From contig JBBIRR010000001.1 of assembly GCA_037441705.1 (NCBI GenBank), forward strand, positions 32,001 to 96,000: DNA of 64,000 bases. Reading direction: 5' to 3'. This DNA comes from Ignavibacteriales bacterium. Lineage in GTDB: Bacteria > Bacteroidota > Ignavibacteria > UBA10030 > UBA6906. Position numbers and translations under genes: made by a program. Below the pieces are notes generated by a model. That model was given only the letters and a program-made list of their open reading frames with translations. It was not told the DNA's origin and did not search any database. How positions within the stretch are numbered: the first letter of the stretch is position 1; each line of letters starts with the position of its first letter. Shown in pieces: positions 10,575 to 20,924 of the stretch.

Positions 10575-12305
10575 ATGACCACCCGTGAGAACCGATGGAC
10601 ACTTGCACCACCACCTAACCCGGAAACCGTCGCCCGTCTTTCAAAAGAGATCAACGTCCCTGAACCCGTTGCACGGGTGTTGGTCTTGCGCGGCATCGAC
10701 ACCTACGAAAAGGCGAAGTCCTATTTTCGACCCACGCTGGAGCTTCTGCACGACCCGATGTTGATGGACGGCGTCGAGCGCGCCTCAACGCGCGTTATCG
10801 AGGCACTGACCAACAACCAACGGATTCTTGTCTTCGGCGACTACGATGTGGATGGAACCAACGGCACCTCCATGCTGTATCTGTTTCTGAAAGATCTCGG
10901 CGCCGATATCGAGTATTACATCCCCGATCGCATCAAAGAGGGATACGGCATCTCCCGAACGGGAATCGACCGCGCGGTAGCCAAGGGCGTGTCTCTTTTT
11001 GTGTCGGTTGACTGCGGCATCACGGCCATCGAGCAGGTGGAGTATGCCAACAGCCGCGGGCTGGATGTCATCATCTGCGACCATCACGAAGCGGGCGATA
11101 CCATTCCCAATGCATACGCCGTGCTCGACCCCATCAAACCGGGCGACGCGTATCCGTTCAAGCACCTCTGCGGCTGCGGCGTGGGCTTCAAACTTCTTCA
11201 AGCCATCGCACAACGCGTCGGGCGTGAGGCTTCCCTCCTTTCGTATCTCGACTTCGTCACGCTTGCCAGCACCGCCGATATCGTTCCCCTGACAGGCGAA
11301 AATCGCGTGCTCGTCAAGCTCGGGCTGCAGAACATCAACGCCAATCCGCGGCCGGGCATCAAAGCCCTGATCGAATCCGCAGGGTTCAAGGTCGGCCAGA
11401 TTCACACCGGCCAGATCGTTTTCGGTCTTGCCCCGCGTATCAATGCGGTGGGAAGATTGGGTGATGCCATGCGCGCCGTACAACTCCTCACCTGCCAGGA
11501 TATCGGCGAAGCGCAACGCCTGGCAAAGATCCTCGAAGAGGAGAATCAGCATCGCCGGAAAATCGACGGGGATACTTTTGAGGAAGCACAGATGCTCGTC
11601 GAAAGCGAGTGCGACGACGTTGAAGCCGAAGCGGCACTTGTACTTCATCAGGACCATTGGCATCCCGGCGTCATCGGCATCGTCGCCTCCCGCATGGTCG
11701 AGAAGTATTACAAACCCGCGATCATGATGGCCACCGTTGACGGCGTGGCGAAGGGATCGGCGCGCAGCATCTCGGGCTTCAACATCTACGACGCCCTGAA
11801 GCGATGCGAGGAGACCATCCTGCAGTTTGGCGGTCACAAGTATGCCGCCGGCGTTACTGTCGAGCTGGCAAAGTTGGATGAGTTCAAGGAAGCGTTCAAG
11901 AACGCCGTCAAGGAAATGATGAGCGACGAGTTGAAAGTGCCGGAGATCCGGATCGACACAGAAATCTCCTTTTCGGAAATCACGCCTCGTTTCGTTCGCT
12001 TGCTGAACGAGTTCGCTCCATTCGGTCCCGGAAACATGCGGCCCGTGTTTCTCGCTCGCAACCTTGAACTCGCCGGTCCTGCTCGGATTGTGGGAAAGAA
12101 TCATCTTCGCTTCAAGGTAAAGCAGAACAATCACGTGATTGATGCAATCGGGTTCAACCTCGGGCATCTCCTGCCCCGGCTGACACCCGGCCGAAACGAC
12201 ATCGAATGCGTATTCTCGGTAGAGGAGAATGACTTTGCCGCGCACAACGGCGGAAACGGACGGCGCGAGGCCGTTCCGCAGTTGAAAATCAAAGATCTTC
12301 GCTGA
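10575..12305 (+). CDS. recJ: ssDNA-specific exonuclease RecJ
   Basis: GDYDVDG, VDCGI, DHH, TADIVPL, APRINAVGRL, GSARS, FGGHKYAAG, PFGPGN. Confidence 0.96.
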   Translation: MTTRENRWTLAPPPNPETVARLSKEINVPEPVARVLVLRGIDTYEKAKSYFRPTLELLHDPMLMDGVERASTRVIEALTNNQRILVFGDYDVDGTNGTSMLYLFLKDLGADIEYYIPDRIKEGYGISRTGIDRAVAKGVSLFVSVDCGITAIEQVEYANSRGLDVIICDHHEAGDTIPNAYAVLDPIKPGDAYPFKHLCGCGVGFKLLQAIAQRVGREASLLSYLDFVTLASTADIVPLTGENRVLVKLGLQNINANPRPGIKALIESAGFKVGQIHTGQIVFGLAPRINAVGRLGDAMRAVQLLTCQDIGEAQRLAKILEEENQHRRKIDGDTFEEAQMLVESECDDVEAEAALVLHQDHWHPGVIGIVASRMVEKYYKPAIMMATVDGVAKGSARSISGFNIYDALKRCEETILQFGGHKYAAGVTVELAKLDEFKEAFKNAVKEMMSDELKVPEIRIDTEISFSEITPRFVRLLNEFAPFGPGNMRPVFLARNLELAGPARIVGKNHLRFKVKQNNHVIDAIGFNLGHLLPRLTPGRNDIECVFSVEENDFAAHNGGNGRREAVPQLKIKDLR

Positions 12306-12355
12306 CGGAACAGCGTCGCTTCTCAATACGCATGTATCACTGAAGGAGAACAACG

Positions 12356-13120
12356 ATGTCAGGTCATTCAAAATGGGCAACGATCAAGCGGAAGAAAGCA
12401 GCAACCGATGCTGCCCGCGGCCGCATGTTCACACGCCTCATCAAAGAAATCACGATTGCCGCGCGCGACGGCGGCGGCAACCCGGACGGCAACCCGCGGC
12501 TGAGACTCGCCATTCAGAACGCAAAAGCCGCCAACATGCCTGCAGACAATATCAAGCGGGCGATTCAGAAGGGGACGGGCGAACTTCCCGGCACGGCATA
12601 CGAGGAAGTGACGTATGAAGGCTACGGCCCCGGCGGCGTAGCCATTCTGGTCGAATGCGTCACCGATAACAGTACGCGCACGGTCTCGGAGTTGCGCCAT
12701 CTCTTCTCGCGCAACAACGGCAACCTCGGCACCGCAGGAAGTGTGGCGTGGATGTTCCACAAAAAGGGACAGATCATCGTGCCGAAGGCGGGACAGCCGA
12801 AACCGCTCAGTGAGGACGACTTACTGGCCATCATTCTGGAGGCGGGCGCGGATGACATGCAGAGCGACGACACGTCCTACACCATCACGACAACGCCGCA
12901 GGCGTTCGAGGCGGTGAAGAAGGCCATTGAGGACAGCGGTATCCTCATCGAGAACGCGGCCATTCAGATGGTAGCGCAGAACACGGTGCGCGTCACCGGC
13001 AAGGATGCTGAGCAGACGCTGAAGCTGCTTGAAGCGCTCGAAGAGCACGACGACGTGCAGAATTTCTATTCGAATTTTGAAATTGATGACAAAGAAATGG
13101 CGGCGCTCCACGCGTCCTGA
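12356..13120 (+). CDS. yebC: YebC/PmpR family protein
   Basis: MSGHSKWATIKRKK, YEGYGPGGVA, LEEHDDVQNFYSN. Confidence 0.96.
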   Translation: MSGHSKWATIKRKKAATDAARGRMFTRLIKEITIAARDGGGNPDGNPRLRLAIQNAKAANMPADNIKRAIQKGTGELPGTAYEEVTYEGYGPGGVAILVECVTDNSTRTVSELRHLFSRNNGNLGTAGSVAWMFHKKGQIIVPKAGQPKPLSEDDLLAIILEAGADDMQSDDTSYTITTTPQAFEAVKKAIEDSGILIENAAIQMVAQNTVRVTGKDAEQTLKLLEALEEHDDVQNFYSNFEIDDKEMAALHAS

Positions 13121-13187
13121 GGCTGCCCGGGCTGAACTGCCGACGACGCACACCGGCACAAGAAAGCTCCAGGCGGCCGCGGAACTC

Positions 13188-13721
13188 GTGGTGCTGGGCG
13201 TTGATCCCGGAACGCTTGTGACGGGCTACGGCATCGTCGCGCGGCGCAAGAACGAGATGCACCTAGTAACGTGCGGCAGCATTGCCAACAACGGCAGCAC
13301 CGCATTGCCGCTGCGACTCGAGCGCATCTACTCGGCACTTGAGCACATCATCACACAATATCATCCCGATGAGTTCGCCATCGAGTCCGCATTCTATGGC
13401 AAGAACGCCCAGTCGGCGTTGAAGTTAGGGCATGCGCGCGGCGTATCGATTCTCGCCGCCGTCCAGCGGCAGATTCCGACGACCGAATATTCGCCGCGTG
13501 AAGTCAAGCGTGCGCTTGTCGGCAACGGCGCAGCATCAAAGGAACAGGTACAGTTCATGGTCAGGTCGCTTCTTCGCCTTCCCGCTTCCCGAATGCTGCA
13601 TGATACCTCCGACGCCCTTGCGGTCGCCATCTGTCATGCCCAGCGGATGACGACACCGGCACGCAAACACAAGGACTGGAAGTCCTACGTCGAGTCCCAC
13701 CCGGAGCGCGTGCGGGTATGA
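13188..13721 (+). CDS. ruvC: Holliday junction resolvase RuvC
   Basis: VLGVDPG..TGYG, AIESAF, LGHARG, GNGAASKEQV, DTSDALAVAICH; start uncertain. Confidence 0.94.
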   Translation: MVLGVDPGTLVTGYGIVARRKNEMHLVTCGSIANNGSTALPLRLERIYSALEHIITQYHPDEFAIESAFYGKNAQSALKLGHARGVSILAAVQRQIPTTEYSPREVKRALVGNGAASKEQVQFMVRSLLRLPASRMLHDTSDALAVAICHAQRMTTPARKHKDWKSYVESHPERVRV

Positions 13722-14326
13722 TCGCCTCTCTGCACGGAACGCTCCTCACCAAGTCTCCCACCGAGCTGCTCATTGACGTTCATGGCGTCGGCTACAGCGT
13801 GAGCATTCCTCTTTCCACCTACGAGCGGATCGGCGATGTGAATGCTCCTGTCACGATTTTCACCTATCTGCACGTACGTGAGGATGCGCTTCAACTCTAC
13901 GGCTTTGCGACGGATGAGGAGCGTCGGATGTTCAAGCTGCTCATCTCCGTCTCGGGCATCGGGCCGAGGATGGCACAGAGTATCCTCTCCGGCATTTCCG
14001 TCACCGACCTGACAACGTTCATCAGCGAGGCGAATGCCATCGCCCTCACGAGAATTCCCGGCATCGGCAAGAAAATTGCCGAACGGCTTGTCGTTGAGCT
14101 GCGCGAGAAGATCGGCAAGATGGAGATGGTCGGTTCGCTTCCGCCGGCCTCCTCACCTGCGCAGACGGGCATTCGCAGCGAAGCGCTGCTTGCGCTTACT
14201 TCGCTCGGCTTCAACCGAACGGCGGCGGAAAAGGCGCTGCGCGCGGCCATTCAGGAAACAAACGGAAAAGACGTGACGGTGGAGGTACTGATCAAAGCTG
14301 CCCTGAAGCACGCGACGGGACAGTAG
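13718..14326 (+). CDS. ruvA: Holliday junction DNA-binding protein RuvA
   Basis: [38 protein letters not shown]. Confidence 0.96.
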   Translation: MIASLHGTLLTKSPTELLIDVHGVGYSVSIPLSTYERIGDVNAPVTIFTYLHVREDALQLYGFATDEERRMFKLLISVSGIGPRMAQSILSGISVTDLTTFISEANAIALTRIPGIGKKIAERLVVELREKIGKMEMVGSLPPASSPAQTGIRSEALLALTSLGFNRTAAEKALRAAIQETNGKDVTVEVLIKAALKHATGQ

Positions 14327-14373
14327 CATCAGCTCATCTCGTTTGTGCCGACCCATGCGTGCGGCGAGAGCCG

Positions 14374-14402
14374 TTGTATTTCAACCGTCTCTGTTTTACA
14401 TT
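14374..14402 (+). promoter_or_regulatory. Sigma70-type promoter directly before ruvB
   Basis: TTGTAT-17 nt-TACATT ending 7 nt before the ATG. Confidence 0.5.
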
Positions 14403-14409
14403 GGTGCAA

Positions 14410-15474
<1,065 letters not shown>

Positions 15475-15515
15475 CCACATAATTCGCAAACGCAGACTAC
15501 CGAAGGACCATCGTC

Positions 15516-17111
15516 ATGGCTCTCGACAAGGACTTAGCCTCGATTCAGGAAGTTCGTGATCTCCTGCAGAAAGCTAAAGAAGCGCAGGTGGAGTTCAGAA
15601 ATTACTCCCAGCATCAGGTGGACACGATTGTCAAAGCGATGGCTGATGCCGGGTACGCTGAAGCGGCGCGGCTCGGTCGCCTTGCCTGCGACGAAACCGG
15701 TTTCGGGAAACCGGAGGACAAGCAGAAGAAGAACGAGTTCGCCACGCGACGCGTCTGGGAGTCCATCAAAGACTTGAAGACCGTTGGTGTGGTGGAAGTG
15801 GATGAACAGAAGAAAGTGTACAAGATTGCCGAGCCGATGGGCGTGGTGGCGGCGCTGATTCCTTCAACCAATCCGACCTCAACGGTCATGTTCAAGGCCA
15901 TCATTTCAGTGAAGGCCCGCAATGCCATCGTGGCGAGTCCGCATCCGAGAGCGGCGCGCTGCACGGTCGAGGCAATCAACGTCGTGCGAGATGCGGCCGA
16001 GCAGGCCGGCGCGCCGAAGCATCTCATCGCCTGTCTGCACACGCCGACGCTCGAAGGAACGAATGAGCTGATGCGCCACAAACTCACCGCCGTCATCCTC
16101 GCTACCGGCAGCAACCAGATGGTAAAGGCGGCGTACAGCTCCGGCAAGCCAGCGTACGGCGTCGGCTCGGGCAACGTGCCCGCCTTCATCGAGCGGACGG
16201 CGAACATTCGCAAAGCGGTTGCAGATATCGTGTCGGGCAAGCAGTTCGACTACGGCACACTGTGCTCTACCGAGGCGTCGGTGATTTGTGACGCGCCGAT
16301 CAAGAATCAGGTGGTGGAAGAGTTCAAGCGACGCGGCGCGTACTTCGTAGCGGGCGACGAGAAGGAACGCTTAGGCCGGCTCATGTTCAGCGAGCGCGGC
16401 GCCATCAATCCCGACATCGTCGGTAAGTCGCCGGTCTGGATCGCACAGAAAGCCGGCATCACGGTTCCCTCGCACACGACGGTGCTGATTGCCGAGCTGC
16501 AAGGGGTAGGACGTGAATATCCCCTCTCGCGTGAAAAACTCTCTCCGGTGCTGTCGTTCTACACCGAAGATGGCTGGCGCGATGCATGTCATCGCTGCAT
16601 CGAGCTGTTGGAGTTTGGGGGGATCGGGCACACAATGGTGATTCATTCAAAGGACAGCGACATCATCATGAAGTTTGCATTGGAGAAGCCGGCGTTTCGC
16701 ATTCTCGTCAACACGCAGGCGGCGCTTGGGGCCGTCGGCTACACCAATGGCCTCGATCCTTCCATGACACTCGGTCCCGGCACGTGGGGCGGCTCCATTA
16801 TTTCGGAAAACGTCACGGCAAAGCATCTCATCAACTATAAACGTCTCGCCTTCGAAACCAACCCGATTAATCCGGAAGCGGGTGTTGCCTCGCCCGGGGT
16901 TCAACATCCGGCAGCCTCCCCGTCCGGCTCATGGATGGAGGAGATCGACAGAAGAATCATCATGAAGGCGGGCAATCCCGTTCTGCCGGGATGGAAGAAG
17001 GAGGACGCCCACAGGCCGCCCGCCGCCACACCTTCCACGGTGTACGGCAGCGGCATCTCCGCCGAAGAAGTCGACCGCATCATCGAATCGTTTTCGAAGG
17101 AACTGAAGTAG
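15516..17111 (+). CDS. CoA-acylating aldehyde dehydrogenase (AdhE-N/EutE-like) with C-terminal extension
   Basis: PSTNPTST, SPHPRA, GKPAYGVGSGNVP, FDYGTLCSTE (catalytic Cys), EKLSPVL, GHT, PSMTLGPGTWGGS. Confidence 0.9.
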   Translation: MALDKDLASIQEVRDLLQKAKEAQVEFRNYSQHQVDTIVKAMADAGYAEAARLGRLACDETGFGKPEDKQKKNEFATRRVWESIKDLKTVGVVEVDEQKKVYKIAEPMGVVAALIPSTNPTSTVMFKAIISVKARNAIVASPHPRAARCTVEAINVVRDAAEQAGAPKHLIACLHTPTLEGTNELMRHKLTAVILATGSNQMVKAAYSSGKPAYGVGSGNVPAFIERTANIRKAVADIVSGKQFDYGTLCSTEASVICDAPIKNQVVEEFKRRGAYFVAGDEKERLGRLMFSERGAINPDIVGKSPVWIAQKAGITVPSHTTVLIAELQGVGREYPLSREKLSPVLSFYTEDGWRDACHRCIELLEFGGIGHTMVIHSKDSDIIMKFALEKPAFRILVNTQAALGAVGYTNGLDPSMTLGPGTWGGSIISENVTAKHLINYKRLAFETNPINPEAGVASPGVQHPAASPSGSWMEEIDRRIIMKAGNPVLPGWKKEDAHRPPAATPSTVYGSGISAEEVDRIIESFSKELK

Positions 17112-17166
17112 ATCCACCGGCCCTTTCGAGAATTCCGCGCGCATTTGGACAGTCCGAAGAACTCCG

Positions 17167-17195
17167 TTGCAGTACTCTGATAAAATCGGTAGATT
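17167..17195 (+). promoter_or_regulatory. Sigma70-type promoter for the OmpA gene
   Basis: TTGCAG-17 nt-TAGATT. Confidence 0.5.
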
Positions 17196-17301
17196 AGTAC
17201 GGCCTGGTAGGCGCGATTGGCTATTCTCTGGAAAATGTCTCGCTGCTCTCATCTTCAACAATCTCACAACATCTACCCACATCAACCGAAAGGATCTGAC
17301 G

Positions 17302-18804
17302 ATGAAACTCTCTACGGTTTCCTGTACGATGGTCCTTGTGCTCGCGGTTGTGTTCGCGTCGCATGCACAATACAGAGACATAGGACTCGGAGGAGGGGTC
17401 GGGTTTGGTAGTATTCTTGGTCAGACTGATGACCTTGCGGACCGAGAAGGTCGCTTTCTGGCTCGTGCGTTCATGCGCTACGGCATTGTCAACGGCGTGC
17501 AGGCAGAATTGGGTATTGGTTTGGGCAAGCTTGCAGGCAAGAATCGAGTCGGTAATTATGAGGGAAGTCAAGACAACACGACCGCACTCAGCGAGTTAGT
17601 GCCGATTGATGTTCGCTTTCTCTTCAGCCCCTTCTCCTTTACGGGATGGAATCCCTATCTCTACGCCGGTGTTGGTGCCGTGCATTATCGTATGGAGGAG
17701 GTTCCCGGCAACACCGATCCGAACGTCAAGAAGAGCGGCTGGTCGGCCTTCGCACCCGGAGGGGCGGGCGTTCAGATTCGGATTGATGATCATACTTCCT
17801 TCGAGGTCAGCGGTGGCTTGAATTACGCCTTCAGCGACAAGCTCAATACGATCACCCAAAACTCACAGGTCAACGCAAGCAAGAATGATGCATACTGGAG
17901 TTTCCTTGCCGGTCTGACGGTCGTGAGTGAGAGCGGAAGCGCCGACCGCGATCACGACGGCTTGACGAACAGCCAGGAAAAGGAATTGGGCACCGACAAG
18001 AACAATCCCGATAGCGACGGCGATGGCCTGAACGACGGGGATGAGTTCACGACGTACAAGACCGACCCGCTGAAGGCCGACACCGACGGCGATGGCCTGA
18101 AGGATGGCGAAGAAATCACCACCTTCCGCACCGATCCGAACAAAGCCGATAGCGATGGCGACGGGCTCAGCGACGGCGACGAAGCGCTCAAGTACCGAAC
18201 CGACCCGCTGAAGGCCGACACCGATGCCGACGGACTGAACGACGGCGACGAGGTGACCAGATACCGCACCGATCCGATGAAAGCGGACAGCGATGGCGAT
18301 GGCTTGAACGATGGCGAGGAGGTAAGTACATACCGGACCGATCCGCTGAAGGCCGACACCGACGGCGGCACGATCAACGACGGGCAAGAAGTTGCCAACA
18401 GGACCAATCCGCTTGACGCGAGTGACGATGTGCCGAAGAAGAAAGAGATCAAGGTCGAAGCCGGTAAAGCGATTGTTCTCGAAGGAATTGTCTTCCGCAC
18501 AGGCAGTGCAGCGATCGAGCCTTCGTCGGAAGAGATTCTCGAGCAGGCATTCAACACGCTTGATCAGAACAAGGACATCACGGTCGAGATTCGGGGCTAT
18601 ACGGACAACGTCGGAAGCCGGGCAGCGAACCTGCGTCTCTCGCAGCGCCGCGCCGACGCAGTCAAGGCATGGCTGGTCAAGAAGGGCATTGCCGCCGCGC
18701 GCATTACGACGAAGGGCTATGGTCCGGACAACCCCATTGCAGATAACAAGACCGCCGAAGGACGGCAGAAGAATCGCCGGATCGAATTCTTCAGAACGAA
18801 ATGA
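17302..18804 (+). CDS. OmpA-family outer membrane protein: beta-barrel + Ca-binding DxDxDG repeats + peptidoglycan-binding domain
   Basis: Signal peptide MKLSTVSC..SHA; barrel strands (NPYLYAGVG); repeats; C-terminal GYTDNVG..NLRLSQRRADAV..GYGPDNP..NRRIEF. Confidence 0.92.
   Translation: MKLSTVSCTMVLVLAVVFASHAQYRDIGLGGGVGFGSILGQTDDLADREGRFLARAFMRYGIVNGVQAELGIGLGKLAGKNRVGNYEGSQDNTTALSELVPIDVRFLFSPFSFTGWNPYLYAGVGAVHYRMEEVPGNTDPNVKKSGWSAFAPGGAGVQIRIDDHTSFEVSGGLNYAFSDKLNTITQNSQVNASKNDAYWSFLAGLTVVSESGSADRDHDGLTNSQEKELGTDKNNPDSDGDGLNDGDEFTTYKTDPLKADTDGDGLKDGEEITTFRTDPNKADSDGDGLSDGDEALKYRTDPLKADTDADGLNDGDEVTRYRTDPMKADSDGDGLNDGEEVSTYRTDPLKADTDGGTINDGQEVANRTNPLDASDDVPKKKEIKVEAGKAIVLEGIVFRTGSAAIEPSSEEILEQAFNTLDQNKDITVEIRGYTDNVGSRAANLRLSQRRADAVKAWLVKKGIAAARITTKGYGPDNPIADNKTAEGRQKNRRIEFFRTK
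17992..18429 (+). repeat. Intragenic 69-bp (23-aa) tandem repeat, ~7 units
   Basis: Units start at 17992, 18061, 18130, 18199, 18268, 18337 and 18403, encoding TDP(L/N/M)KAD(T/S)DGDGLxDGxEV. Confidence 0.9.
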
Positions 18805-18825
18805 TCGTGTAGCCATCCACACTCG

Positions 18826-18876
18826 ATGAAGCCCGTGCTCGCACGCGTGGTGGCGGGGCGGGCTTCATGTTTTCTT
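18826..18876 (+). terminator. Hairpin/terminator after OmpA gene
   Basis: ATGAAGCCCG...CGGGCTTCAT followed by GTTTTCTT. Confidence 0.6.
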
Positions 18877-18910
18877 CCACCTCTCTCACAAACAACGAAG
18901 GAGCATCACC

Positions 18911-19291
18911 ATGTCAATGCTGCAAGAATTCAAAGCGTTCGCCATGAAAGGCAATGTGCTCGACCTTGCCGTTGGCGTCATCATCGGCGGAGCGTTCGGA
19001 ACGATCGTCAACTCGTTGGTCGGCGATGTCTTTATGCCAATCATCGGCATCCTGACAGGCGGTATCAACTTCAGCGGTCTCTCGGTCAGCATCGGTGAAG
19101 CCGCGATCGCGTACGGCAAGTTCATCCAGGCGGTGTTCGTTTTCTTGATCACTGCGTGGGCCCTGTTCCTGGTGGTGAAAGCCGCCAACGCGATGAAGAA
19201 GCAAGAGGAAGCGAAGCCCGCCGCCCCTCCCGCGCCGACAAAAGAAGAAATCCTTTTGACGGAAATCCGCGACGCACTTCGGGCACGGTAG
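18911..19291 (+). CDS. mscL: Large-conductance mechanosensitive channel
   Basis: [37 protein letters not shown]. Confidence 0.97.
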   Translation: MSMLQEFKAFAMKGNVLDLAVGVIIGGAFGTIVNSLVGDVFMPIIGILTGGINFSGLSVSIGEAAIAYGKFIQAVFVFLITAWALFLVVKAANAMKKQEEAKPAAPPAPTKEEILLTEIRDALRAR

Positions 19292-19371
19292 CATCGCATC
19301 AACAAATCCGTTGGACCGATGATCTCCGATTCGGGCCAACGGACGTTCCCACAAACCAATTGAATATCGCT

Positions 19372-20220
19372 ATGAAAGCATTGATCGCTCTTATGCTTTG
19401 CGCATGGCTTCCAGCGTTTGGCCAGTCCGACACCGCAGCAACGTACGGATGGAAGCACACGATGACCGCTGGACTGAACGTCAGTCAGATTTCGTTCACG
19501 AACTGGTCGGGAGGGGGCGATAACGCTCTCTCGTGGACGCTTGTGCTGGATGGAAAGTCGGCGCAAGATGAAGAGAAGACGACTTGGGCAACGACCTACA
19601 AGTTTGCATTCGGTCAAGCTCGCATCAGTGACAAGGGATTGCGGAAGACGGAGGATCGCATCGACGTCGAGTCTATCCTGACCTTCAAGATGAACCAGTA
19701 TGTCAACCCGTACGCTGCGGTCACGATCAAGACGCAGTTTGCGAAGGGGTACAAATACGATTCGCCGGCGGCGGGTATCAACACACCGGTGTCGCAATTC
19801 TTCGACCCGGCCTATCTCACGCAGAGCGTCGGTGCCGGGTGGCAGCCCCTCTCCGAGCTTAAGACGCGGATCGGTGCAGCGTTGCGCGAAACCTTTGCCG
19901 ATCGCTTCGCCGCACTCTACACAGATGATCCGGAAACACAGGGCGAGGTGGAGAAATCGAAGGTCGAAGGCGGCGCCGAATCGGTCACCGATCTTGAGTG
20001 GAAGATCGCAGAAAACGTTCTCTTCACGTCGAAACTCGAGATCTTCGCTCCGTTCAGAAAATTCGACCGCCTCGATATCCGAACAGACGCCAAGCTCACA
20101 TTCACCGTGAGCAAGTACATTGCGGCGATGGTGAATGTCCAGGTTGTGAACATCGAGCCATTTCCGCGGACGCAGGTGAAGGAAACGATCGCCCTCGGCT
20201 TGACGTACAACGTGTTCTAA
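19372..20220 (+). CDS. DUF3078-type outer-membrane beta-barrel protein
   Basis: Signal peptide; SQISFTNWSGGG, RKTEDRI, TQFAKGY, FFDPAY; terminal Phe. Confidence 0.82.
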   Translation: MKALIALMLCAWLPAFGQSDTAATYGWKHTMTAGLNVSQISFTNWSGGGDNALSWTLVLDGKSAQDEEKTTWATTYKFAFGQARISDKGLRKTEDRIDVESILTFKMNQYVNPYAAVTIKTQFAKGYKYDSPAAGINTPVSQFFDPAYLTQSVGAGWQPLSELKTRIGAALRETFADRFAALYTDDPETQGEVEKSKVEGGAESVTDLEWKIAENVLFTSKLEIFAPFRKFDRLDIRTDAKLTFTVSKYIAAMVNVQVVNIEPFPRTQVKETIALGLTYNVF

Positions 20221-20261
20221 CGATGCAACGCATTCTATCTGCCGCGGAACGTAGGTCCGCC

Positions 20262-20924
20262 ATGAGAACGTCGAAGCATCACAGGAGGCGTCCTGCATCT
20301 CCCCTCCGTCTGAGAAAGCTTCCTCGATCATTCTATCTTCAGCCTACGCTGCGCGTAGCGCGGCAGTTGTTAGGGATGTATCTTGTACGCGATGATGGTC
20401 GTGAACGCCTTGTCGGAAAGATCGTAGAAGTGGAAGCATACCTGGGAGAGCAAGACCCGGCAAGCCACGCGTACAAAGGAATGACCGAGCGCAACGAGGT
20501 GATGTTCTGGCAGGGCGGGCATCTGTACGTGTACTTCATCTACGGCATGCACTACTGCTGCAACGTTGTGACGGAACGACAAGGCGTGGGGCATGCAATT
20601 CTCCTCCGTGCGGCAGAGCCGGTAGCCGGCATCGCAACGATGGCGCGCAATCGCGGGTTGCGGCTGAACTCGGAGCGCGACCTCGCACTGCTCTGCAGCG
20701 GGCCGGCGCGCCTGTGTCAGGCTTTCGGCATCGGGCGGAAAGAAAACGGAACAGACCTGTGCGGGGAGAAAATCTGGATTGCTGCCGGTTCGACGGCGCG
20801 AGCATTGCATCGGATCGGGCGCTCACGCCGTGTGGGGATCGTACGCGCGGTGGATCACCCGTGGCGGTTTTTTATTCGCGGCAGCCGGTTCGTCTCGCCG
20901 GCAAAGCCCGCACGATCGAGCTAG
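20262..20924 (+). CDS. mpg: 3-methyladenine DNA glycosylase (AAG/MPG type)
   Basis: IVEVEAYLG..DPASHA, YVYFIYGMHYC, ILLRAAEP, SGPARLCQA, PWRF; start uncertain (20223 alternative). Confidence 0.92.
   Translation: MRTSKHHRRRPASPLRLRKLPRSFYLQPTLRVARQLLGMYLVRDDGRERLVGKIVEVEAYLGEQDPASHAYKGMTERNEVMFWQGGHLYVYFIYGMHYCCNVVTERQGVGHAILLRAAEPVAGIATMARNRGLRLNSERDLALLCSGPARLCQAFGIGRKENGTDLCGEKIWIAAGSTARALHRIGRSRRVGIVRAVDHPWRFFIRGSRFVSPAKPARSS

Noticed and set aside
10785-12380. 531-aa minus-strand ORF
   Set aside because: Antisense shadow of recJ.
17992-18429. Regularly spaced repeats resembling a CRISPR array
   Set aside because: The period is 69 bp (in frame), units vary at synonymous positions, there are no unique spacers or cas genes, and it lies within the OmpA CDS.
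19307-19343. Imperfect inverted repeat between mscL and the DUF3078-type gene
   Set aside because: Single copy in the window with no U-tract; not enough to call a REP/MITE or a terminator.
18886-20331. 481-aa minus-strand ORF
   Set aside because: Antisense to mscL and the DUF3078-type gene.
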